Assembly (NCBI RefSeq): GCF_006345805.1
Contig: NW_021828929.1
Coordinates: forward strand, 1 to 7,251
Length of the DNA stretch: 7,251 nucleotides
From: Octopus sinensis
Lineage: Eukaryota
Direction: 5' to 3'
Each line of letters starts with the position of its first letter. The first letter of the stretch is position 1. The notes beneath the pieces were generated by a model, which ran no database searches, was not told where the DNA came from, and worked only from the letters and a program-made list of their open reading frames with translations. A program made the translations under genes and the position numbers. Below are positions 1 through 7,171 of this stretch, piece after piece.

Positions 1-115
1 GAAAAATTAGTTAGAACGCATGTGAAAAATCGGCTTGCGAAAGTCAGGGAAGTCGATGTATGCTTGTTGAAGAACGAAGCTGAAAGAAAGTTTTAGTAGC
101 CCTCTGGTCAATGGC

Positions 116-179
116 AAGAAAGAGGAGGAGGAGGAGAGGAGGAGAGAGAGAGAGAGAGAGAGAAAGAGGGGAAAAGAAA
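116..179. repeat. Uninterrupted 64-nt polypurine tract, (GAG)n/(GA)n microsatellite
   Basis: Only A/G from 116 to 179. Purine-rich sequence continues with interruptions to about 260. Confidence 0.95.
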
Positions 180-286
180 CCAGAAAGGGTGAAAAATAAG
201 AAGGAGAGAGACAAGTAGAGAGGAAGACAGACAGGCAGGGAGGAAAGGTCAAGTAAAGAGTAAGAGTGCGCGTCATGATTATTCAA

Positions 287-464
287 ATAAAAACTTACTT
301 GGAGAAGAGAAATAGAGAAATAACACCTGCGTTCGGTCATATAATAACAATATAATAAATAAATAAAATATATGCACATATACATACATATATGTACATA
401 CTTACATATACATGTATATATACATGCATATATATATATATATATATGAGTACAGGACACCGTA

Positions 465-518
<54 letters not shown>

Positions 519-656
519 TGTATATATACATGTAGATGTAAGTATGTACATATATGTATGTATATATGCATATATTTTATTTATTTATTATATTGTTATT
601 ATATGACCGAACGCACGCGTTATTTCTCTATTTCTCTTCTCCAAGTAAGTTTTTAT
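287..656. repeat. Long inverted repeat (fold-back palindrome), arms 287-453 and 462-656, 8-nt spacer AGGACACC
   Basis: Manual reverse-complement alignment: 287-427 pairs with 516-656 at 137/141 (mismatches 325/618, 327/616, 377/566, 408/535). (AT)10 faces (AT)24, and the inner stem GAGTAC 448-453 pairs with GTACTC 462-467. Confidence 0.97.
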
Positions 657-809
657 ATATATACTCAGGTACTCAGTTCCATTTAGCCACCTTGTTCTAG
701 GAAACCTGGACATGCGCGTGTGCAGTGCGTGTGTCTGAATGTGTATGCTCGTGAGAGTTTCTCTCTATGTTTGTATGCGCGTGCATATTTGAGTTCATAT
801 CTTAAGAGC

Positions 810-970
810 CTGACAAACGGTGCTGGTTTCCTTACTTCCTCGAAACATAACGGTTCGGCAAAAGACAATGATAGAATAAGTATACAAAGAAATGCTGAAG
901 TCGATTTGGTCTAGTACGTACCTCCAAGGCCGGAGAGTATCATGGCTGGATTTCAAAGACTAATACAAAT
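810..970 (+). mobile_element. Old, diverged 3' half of the ~420-bp octopus SINE family
   Basis: Aligns to the reverse complement of about 2845-3006: TGACAA.CG.TGCTGGT, CGGTTCGGCAAAA, GATAGAATAAGTA, GTCGATTTG, CATGGC. A possible head remnant (TCAGTTCCA...CACCTTG) lies at about 673-693. Confidence 0.8.
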
Positions 971-1052
971 ATAATGATCAAACAATACTTGTTCATATAT
1001 ACGTATCTTATATTCATTCGTATACACGTATGTAGTAGGTACCTGCACATGC

Positions 1053-1064
1053 ATATATAATATA

Positions 1065-1155
<91 letters not shown>

Positions 1156-1162
1156 ATATACA
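1053..1162. repeat. (TA)n microsatellite with AA/TT phase interruptions
   Basis: Direct inspection. Confidence 0.95.
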
Positions 1163-1194
1163 TACATACCTATATATATGTACACACATCTGTA

Positions 1195-1269
1195 TGGCAA
1201 AAATTAATAGTACCTGTATTTCGAAGGACCAGCCTTGTCACACGCTGAATATCCCTCAAAACTACGTAA
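1195..1269 (+). mobile_element. Probable fragment of another octopus interspersed repeat (SINE-like)
   Basis: TGGCAAAAAT...GTACCTGTATTTC.AAGG.CCAGCCTTGTCACAC...GCTGAAT.TCCCT...AACTACGT matches my recollection of an abundant Octopus repeat. There is no second copy in the window to confirm it. Confidence 0.5.
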
Positions 1270-1815
1270 CGCGCGTGCGCACACTCAGACACACATATAT
1301 GGAAACAGACGAATGGATTATCTAGTACTGTAACAATTGTTTCGTCGTATCAGTATCATTTAGAGTCAAGTTTACAGTCAAGTAATAATAAGTATGCAAT
1401 ACGTTACGCAACTCTCAACTCATCAGGTTTACCCTATAAGCAAGCGAACACTGACATGGGTTCAGTGTGCCTCAATGTACAATTTTTAACATCATATTAA
1501 AGACTCTTAATGAAGCAATTATAACGGTACCAGATTACCTTTTATGTTATTGCGCCGCACTTAGGGTTCCATTCATCTTTGGTTTCTATTCGAGCTGAGG
1601 ATTATCAAATAGCAGTGGACTTCGCTTTATCGATATAATACATGCGATTATAATGAATTACTTAACTGACTTGTGTTATTCTGTCTGGCCATTAATCGTG
1701 GCGTGCTTAATTTTGATATGATTTGGTCCTTAATGATGGATCTCCTTTAATCAGATCCATATATTCTCACATATATACATGTATATATACACATACACGT
1801 GACACATGCATACAT

Positions 1816-1816
<1 letters not shown>

Positions 1817-1850
<34 letters not shown>

Positions 1851-1862
1851 TATATATATATT
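1817..1862. repeat. (TA)n microsatellite
   Basis: Direct inspection. Confidence 0.95.
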
Positions 1863-2616
1863 ACATGCTCGCACAAATACATATGTAGAACACATCGTAT
1901 TCGGTAACATCTGAAACATATATACGTAATTCTACAGTTATTCATAGGAATTCGTTGACTGTGGTGATTGAACATATATAAGAAGAATAAACCTATTGTT
2001 TTCTGATTTAAAGAGAAAAATAAAAATTGGGAATCTTCTTACCGATCTGTTTGAAGATGTTTGTCTCTCGTCAAAGAGAGCTGTACCTATTTTTAGACAA
2101 CGAAAGAAATTTTAGTCTAACTCGCTGTGTATAGCCCAAGCAGATCAAGTTTGAACAATAAAAACCCAACCTGATTTGCATAAAGTACGTTAGTTGGTAA
2201 TGAATTATTTTATATTTAAAGAATACACGGCGTTATCTGAAACACCAGAACATGTATAATGCAAGAAATTCTACAGTTACATCTTTGAAATTCTAAGCTC
2301 TCTCACTCTCTTTTTCTCTGTATATATATATATATTATATATATATATATCTGTGCTATGGCCTATATAAACAATAACACTCGAAAACTACTCTCTTTGC
2401 AATACCGCTGATGAAGGTATCACTTCTCTTTGTACAACTCCGAGTATTTAGTCGGCCGGAGAGAGGATTGTTTCGACATAGTACATATATCTATCATCTA
2501 GTTTGATTTGTTTTCAAATATCTTTTAGTATTATGAGTTGGTGAATTAAATATACATATGTGTGTATGTGTGTGTGTATATGTGTGTGGCGCACATTCAC
2601 ACACCCATATATATAT

Positions 2617-2775
2617 ACAGGATTCTTTCAGTTTCGGTAAAACAAACCCACTCACGAGGTTTTGGGCGGAGCAAGGGTCCGTGGCTATAGCAGAAAACAC
2701 ATACCCAAGCTACCACAGAGTTACTGATATTGGAAACATGTTTGGAAGGCAAACTTCTTAACACAGCACCTGGCC
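2617..2775 (-). mobile_element. Old, diverged 5' half (tRNA-like head plus body) of the ~420-bp SINE family
   Basis: Collinear with 3083-3243: ACAGG.TTCTTTCAGTTTC, CCACTCAC.AGG, GGCTATAG.AGAA.ACAC.T.CCCAAG, ACACAGC. It is followed by the same TA/CA tract. The 3' half may survive weakly at about 2447-2500 (TTTAGTCG, AGTAC.TAT.TCTATC). Confidence 0.85.
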
Positions 2776-2796
2776 TTAAATTTAGTGGATGATCCC

Positions 2797-2824
2797 CTTG
2801 GGTACTATACAACTGCATCCAGTT
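2797..2824 (-). mobile_element. Probable distal continuation of the LINE ORF2 remnant beyond the SINE insertion (TGCSCIVPK)
   Basis: Joins in frame to YTNAR at 3255/3256 when the SINE is removed. The joined peptide resembles the recalled octopus CR1/L2-type sequence NARTGRHCIVPK. Confidence 0.55.
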
Positions 2825-3037
2825 ACTCTTTTTTACTCTTTTACTTGTTTCAGTCATTTGACTGCGGCCATGCTGGAGCACCGCCTTTAGTCGAGCAAAT
2901 CGACCCCGGGACTTATTCTTTGTAAGCCCAGTACTTATTCTATCGGTCTCTTTTTGCCGAACCGCTAAGTGACGGGGACATAAACACACCAGCATCGGTT
3001 GTCAAGCAATGCTAGGGGGACAAACACAGAGATAGAA

Positions 3038-3072
<35 letters not shown>

Positions 3073-3243
3073 CATATATACGACAGGCTTCTTTCAGTTT
3101 CCATCTACCAAATCCACTCACAAGGCATTGGTCGGCCCGGGGCTATAGTAGAAGACACTTGCCCAAGATGCCACGCAGTGGGACTGAACCCGGAACCATG
3201 TGGTTGGTTAGCAAGCTACTTACCACACAGCCACTCCTGCGCC
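2825..3243 (-). mobile_element. Full-length tRNA-derived SINE (419 bp), octopus OK/OR-type
   Basis: 5' GGCGCAGGAGTGGCTGTGTGG start, Pol III A and B boxes, internal (TA)n(TG)n tract at about 3039-3080, and a 3' tandem AAGAGT tail. Four partial homologues occur in this window. Confidence 0.93.
3180..3233 (-). promoter_or_regulatory. Pol III internal promoter of the SINE: A box TGGCTGTGTGG (3233-3223), B box GGTTCAGTCCC (3190-3180)
   Basis: Fits tRNA-type A/B box consensus and spacing. Confidence 0.8.
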
Positions 3244-3254
3244 TATAGCCACTC

Positions 3255-3430
3255 CTGGCATTTGTATAACACTCAATGCCAAAGTTACGTATTAGCCCTT
3301 CTAGTGTTTTCCATACGGAGATTGTAACATATCTGTCGCGTTTTTGCTCCACGGAGTAAAGTTGTAGTATTTTCAGCCTCGCCTTGTAGCTCATCTTCTG
3401 CACAGTTACAATCTGTTTAGTGAAGTGACG
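3255..3430 (-). mobile_element. CR1/L2-type LINE ORF2 C-terminal remnant (downstream of the RT domain)
   Basis: Translation RHFTKQIVTVQKMSYKARLKILQLYSVEQKRDRYVTISVWKTLEGL matches the CR1-group motif F T..I......Y..RL..L.L.SLE.RR.R...I...K.L.G. This is the real core of track ORF 3143..3484. Confidence 0.82.
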
Positions 3431-3505
3431 TATATGTATGTAATTCGATAAGTACCGTGCCCGAAAATTTGGTGCTCCAATCACTTTGTAACTGCTACTG
3501 ATTCA

Positions 3506-3568
3506 GTGTTCCAGCATGACCACCGCTTTTGAGGTGAAACGTGTAAAAGAGTGAAAGAATAAAAGAGT
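3506..3568 (+). mobile_element. Degenerate 3' tail of the ~420-bp SINE family
   Basis: GTGTTCCAGCATGACC...TGAAAC.TGTAAAAGAGT.AAAGAATAAAAGAGT resembles the reverse complement of 2825-2882. Confidence 0.7.
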
Positions 3569-3621
3569 ACACTTGTTTTGAGTTCTACTATGTTCTCTTT
3601 CTGCCATCAAACATCGTATAC

Positions 3622-3680
3622 TACATACATACATACATACATACATACATACATACATACATACATACATACATACATAC
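3622..3680. repeat. Perfect (TACA)n tetranucleotide microsatellite, about 15 units
   Basis: Direct inspection. Confidence 0.97.
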
Positions 3681-3879
3681 GTAGTTATGCATTTTCGAAA
3701 CAAATGAATCTCGAAACACATAAAGCTATGTGCTTTAAGATCCATTGCTTCGAACAAGAATTACTTTACGTTCTCTCAGAAGTTTATAAATTCTTATGAC
3801 GCTAAATTTATGTGTGCGTGTGTTCGTGTGTCAGAGTGTTAGTGTATGCATTCATATATACGTATATTGCGCAGAAGCA

Positions 3880-3970
3880 TACACATATCCATACAAACAT
3901 ACATATTTACATGCACACACAGACGCGCGCACACACACATACACACTCACACACTCTCTCTCTTTCCCCG

Positions 3971-4004
<34 letters not shown>

Positions 4005-4135
4005 CACATACATACATATATATATACACGTACATATATATATACAAACACACATACACAAACACGCACATACACACATTCACACTCACACATACACACA
4101 CACACATACACACACATGCGCACACACACATATAC
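3880..4135. repeat. Compound (CA)n/(TA)n/(CT)n low-complexity region
   Basis: Direct inspection. It is the source of many HT/YI/CV-repeat ORFs. Confidence 0.93.
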
Positions 4136-4324
4136 GGAGAGTGAGGTGCAGAGATAGCGAAAAAAGAAGGCGCAGCCCAGAGAATTAGTGATAGAATTAG
4201 AAGTGCACGTATGTACATGTGGTGCATTCACGTGTGCAGAAGGATGTAGCTGTCCAATGCATTGTAAGTTATATTTGAATAAAGACCGTCTGCTTACACA
4301 CTTAGGTACAGGCCAACGGGATAG

Positions 4325-4430
4325 GTTGCTTGAAATGGCAGTTAAATCACTCCCCGTCCCAGTTCACACGCGACCCTTTATAAAAAAAAATACATCAGAG
4401 TCACATTGGGTAATTTAGTCCTAAATATAT
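4325..4430 (+). mobile_element. Possible decayed octopus interspersed repeat
   Basis: GGTTGCTTGAAAT.GCAG..AAATC...AAAAAAA...CACATTGG.TAAT.TAGTCCTA resembles a recalled Octopus repeat. Unverified. Confidence 0.35.
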
Positions 4431-4473
4431 ATTAATGTGTGTGTATCTCTCTATATATAAAACTGAGAATGTG

Positions 4474-4508
<35 letters not shown>

Positions 4509-4512
4509 GTGT

Positions 4513-4803
4513 TTCCCCAAAACTTGAGAACTACACAACCAATTTCATTCAAATTTTATACATGCCTTACTTAGGGTCCGGGGAGTGTCACCGGCAAAAA
4601 ATTTTAACTTTTTGCCTAGGGCGAGCCCACAGCAATATCTTTTCTTCTCCTCTATGATTCCCTAAAACTTGAGAACTACACAACCAATTTCATTCAAATT
4701 TTACACATGCCTTACGTAGGATCCATGTAGTTTTATGGGCAAAAAAAATGTTCAACTTCTTGCCTAGGGCGAGCCCATAGCAATATCATATCTTCTCCAC
4801 TAT
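4513..4803 (+). repeat. Two-copy tandem duplication, period 145-148 bp
   Basis: 4513-4657 versus 4658-4803. The first ~58 nt and last ~45 nt are nearly identical, and the middle ~25-35 nt has diverged. Confidence 0.95.
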
Positions 4804-5084
4804 TTCAGTATTACGTGTTAAAAGTGAAACAAAAACATTTCTCTATTTTATGTCAGATACTTTCACTTTAACAATAAAAATTAGAGATAATAATAACAAT
4901 TGAATTATATGCATAAGTAAATTAAAATCAAACTAAAGTATAATATAATCGTAACATAACAAAAGTGAAAAGGCAATTGGTATAAAATTGCATCAATGAC
5001 TTGAACTTGAATAAGTGGTTTCACATGAATGGGAATAAATTAAAAATAAAATTAATGCGCAGAAATGGAATAGTCCATTAAATT

Positions 5085-5460
5085 AAAGAAAAGACAATTG
5101 TCTATAAAGTATACAATGTAGAGAGAAAAAAATAGATTTGAACACCTGAAGGAAAGCACCATCGAAAAGTGTCTTGGTGCGACTATGAAAGATATCAAGT
5201 ATCTAATAGGAGGCGGTAAATTCGCCACAATAGAAGCAAGGTCCGAGTCAACGGAGCGTGCAAGGGAGTACTCGACTCGAACCTTGCAAAGTGGAAATAT
5301 TTTATTTTTACCTTTATATCTGGGACGTAGGACGTCCCGGATAAAAATTTAAAATGTCCCCCAGAAGTAGAGGTAGGCTGGATTGTAGCCACACTTCTAT
5401 AGAAGAGGGAGACGAGATACAATTGATCGAAATTGCAAGAGACGGGCCTACAATTACAGT
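5085..5460 (+). pseudogene. Degenerate coding remnant, probably ORF1 (gag-like) of an octopus non-LTR retrotransposon (L1/Tx1-like)
   Basis: A stop-free frame at 5122-5349 gives ESTIEKCLGATMKDIKYLIGGGKFATIEARSESTERAREYSTRTLQSGNILFLPLYLGRRTSRIKI. With frameshifts it extends to EKTIVYKVYNVERKK upstream and NVP/EVEVGWIVATLL/IQLIEIARD downstream. It resembles recalled Octopus LINE ORF1 proteins, and the assignment is from memory only. Confidence 0.55.
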
Positions 5461-5537
5461 CTGTTATATATTTTGAGTATTGTTATCACTAGCGATATCA
5501 AGATATAACTTTGTATTTTGTATTTTATGTGTAGATG

Positions 5538-5633
5538 TATATATATATATATACAACGCCGGGTCATAATGCTAGTATATATATATATAATATATATATA
5601 TATATTATATAGAGATATATATATATATATATA
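5538..5633. repeat. (TA)n arrays flanking the Helitron 3' end and the mariner left end
   Basis: Direct inspection. Confidence 0.93.
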
Positions 5634-6311
5634 CAGGGTGCGATGGGTATATTATCGCCATTTTATAATCTTAATTTTTCGCATGCGCATTGTTTGTTTT
5701 TGATTTTTTCGGCTTCACAGTACACTACCGTCAGTTGAGTACCGTCGCAAGAAAAACAGCACCATAGCGGAATTCACTTTACCAAAAATTTGGAAACTAC
5801 ATGCTATACTACTTGGCATTCGCACCGGAATCTTCAATACGAACATTTCAGAGTGTTTGGGTGTCATTATGTGAATAGTGCAATCTGAGAACATTTAATT
5901 ATATGCTTAATATATAACTATTGATTTAGGGAGTTATAAAAATCAAACATCCAGCCAACATTCATGGTGTTTGAAGTGATCACTAGTAAGTGTGATGTTA
6001 TGCCTCCATTCATCTCCCCACAGGGTCTCAGACTCAAGCCGGTGGCCTACATCCAGTGCTTGGAAGAGGCAGTGCCGCCCTGGTTCGAGAAGGTGGCTGC
6101 TGGAAGATCATTTGTCTGACAACAGAACTTAGCACCATACCACACAAGTAGGAGAACCCAGTCATAGCTGTTAAATAATTTCTGCGACCACATCATCCCT
6201 AACATCTGGGCCGTCTAACTCCCCAGACTACAACCCCTTTGATTATTATGTGTAGAGCACAGTTGAGCGAGAGACCAACGAAACTCCTTGTAACACCAAA
6301 GATGTACCCCG
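5634..6311 (+). mobile_element. Internally deleted Tc1/mariner transposon of the DD37D (maT) type, pseudogenised transposase
   Basis: TA|CAGGGTGCGATGGG left end. N-terminal remnant FTLPKIWKLHAILLGIRTGIFNTNISECLGV (about 5764-5870). Catalytic remnant KIKHPANI/MVFEVITSKCDVMPPFI...QQNLAPYHTSRRTQS*L...NIW/PSNSPDYNPFDYYV* (about 5938-6304), with 37 residues between the second catalytic position (D mutated to N) and the third D. Contains stops and frameshifts. Confidence 0.9.
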
Positions 6312-6312
6312 T

Positions 6313-6325
6313 ACACACACACACA

Positions 6326-6399
<74 letters not shown>
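6313..6399. repeat. (AC)n followed by (TA)n microsatellite
   Basis: Direct inspection. Confidence 0.96.
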
Positions 6400-6627
6400 G
6401 GCGAGCTGGCAGGAGCGTTAGCACGCCGGGCGAAATGCGTTGCCGTATTTCGTCTGCCGTTACGTTCCGAGTTCAAATTCTGCCGAGGTCGACTTTGCCT
6501 TTCATCCTTCCGGGGTCGATAAATTAAGTACCAGTTACGCACTGGGGTCGATGTAATCGACTTAATCCCTTTGACTGTCCTTGTTTGTCTCCTCTGTGTT
6601 TAGCCCCTTGTGGGTAGCAAAGAAATA
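6400..6627 (+). mobile_element. Apparently complete second tRNA-derived octopus SINE family (about 228 bp)
   Basis: GGCGAGCTGGCAGG start, A-box-like TGGCAGGAGCGT at 6407-6418, B box GTTCAAATTC at 6471-6480, body GCCTTTCATCCTTCCGGGGTCGATAAATTAAGTACCAG, and end AAAGAAATA. It sits within TA/CA repeats. Confidence 0.9.
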
Positions 6628-6782
6628 CATATATATATATGTCTATATACATATACATATATATACATATATACATATACATACACACGCACACACACAC
6701 ACACACACACCACACACACACACACACATACACATATATATATACACACACATATATATATATACATATACATATATATAAG
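6627..6782. repeat. Compound (TA)n/(CA)n microsatellite
   Basis: Direct inspection. Confidence 0.95.
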
Positions 6783-7016
6783 ATATTGATGTGTGTGATG
6801 TGCGTATGATTATACATATATATGCTTGCCGTGTGATCGTCTGTTATTTGCCCAGTGCAGTCAGTCAGCAAGTGTGTGTGTGCAGCGTTTCATTGTTCCG
6901 ACCGTTGTCGAAAATTGTGTCTGTGTGTTCGTTTCAGCTGCTGATCTTGCAACGTGTGAATAATACAACGAACAAACGTTTTTTTAGTGGGTTTTCTTCC
7001 TCAAGTTTCCTCTCAG

Positions 7017-7090
7017 TACAGAATGAACAGTTTCTCTACCGAGAACACGGTTTTAGCATAGATACTGAGGCATCAAGTACACCGCTTTGT
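7017..7090 (+). CDS. Candidate internal coding exon (QNEQFLYREHGFSIDTEASSTPLC), product unknown
   Basis: Pyrimidine tract plus CAG acceptor (6992-7016, alternative CAG ending 7021), GTGAGT donor at 7091-7096, and one open frame ending at a codon boundary. I recognise no homology. Confidence 0.3.
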
Positions 7091-7116
7091 GTGAGTATGC
7101 ATACATGTATGTATGT

Positions 7117-7170
7117 TATGTATGTATGTATGTATGTATGTATGTATGTATGTATGTATGTATGTATGTA
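7117..7170. repeat. Perfect (TATG)n tetranucleotide microsatellite
   Basis: Direct inspection. Confidence 0.97.
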
Positions 7171-7171
7171 T

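Larger units (their letters stand above)
4446..5575 (+). mobile_element. Non-autonomous Helitron-like element (5' TC ... 3' CTAG). The ends may belong to one element or to two remnants.
   Basis: A|TCTCTCTATATATAAAAC start, (GTCT)6 at 4483-4506, and the motif AAAACTTGAGAACTACACAACCAATTTCATTCAAATTT typical of invertebrate non-autonomous Helitrons. The 3' end CAACGCCGGG...GCTAG|T lies at 5554-5576, and both ends fit an A|T target. Only half of the 3' hairpin is present. The 5' portion (4446-4803) is better supported than the joint boundary. Confidence 0.6.

Noticed and set aside
645-650. GTAAGT donor-like site after a pyrimidine tract
   Set aside because: It lies inside the palindrome arm with no credible upstream acceptor or open exon.
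44-1975. ORFs rich in YI/HT/CV repeats (44..571, 412..606, 953..1189, 1068..1325, 1723..1914, 1751..1975) and the L/S/F-rich ORF 7..276
   Set aside because: They are translations of (TA)n, (CA)n and (GA)n tracts that lack stop codons. The palindrome also produces mirrored ORFs.
2408-2414. CTGATGA, a hammerhead ribozyme core motif as seen in Penelope-like elements
   Set aside because: No correctly placed GAAA(C) or stems I-III could be built on the same strand.
2597-2995. 132-aa minus-strand ORF
   Set aside because: It reads through two SINE copies and is an incidental frame in non-coding repeats.
3180-3243. SINE heads (here and at 6400-6485) as tRNA genes
   Set aside because: The A and B boxes are present, but there is no complete cloverleaf and both run into SINE bodies.
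3503-4231. Cluster of overlapping ORFs on both strands
   Set aside because: They derive from (TACA)n and (CA)/(TA) low-complexity sequence.
4188-4418. Cys-rich ORF (CTCGAFTCAEGCSCPMHC), superficially metallothionein-like
   Set aside because: The cysteines come largely from TG-rich sequence, there is no full family motif, and the 3' half overlaps a probable decayed repeat.
4513-4803. Direct repeats as a CRISPR array
   Set aside because: There are only two long adjacent units with no unique spacers and no cas genes, and the context is eukaryotic.
5195-5422. 75-aa minus-strand ORF
   Set aside because: It is most likely an antisense shadow of the plus-strand ORF1-like remnant.
6383-6640. ACATATATATATAT on both sides of the second SINE as a TSD
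   Set aside because: The sequence is low-complexity and cannot be told apart from the surrounding microsatellite.
6199-6871. CV/HT/YI-repeat ORFs around the second SINE
   Set aside because: They are microsatellite and SINE read-through frames.
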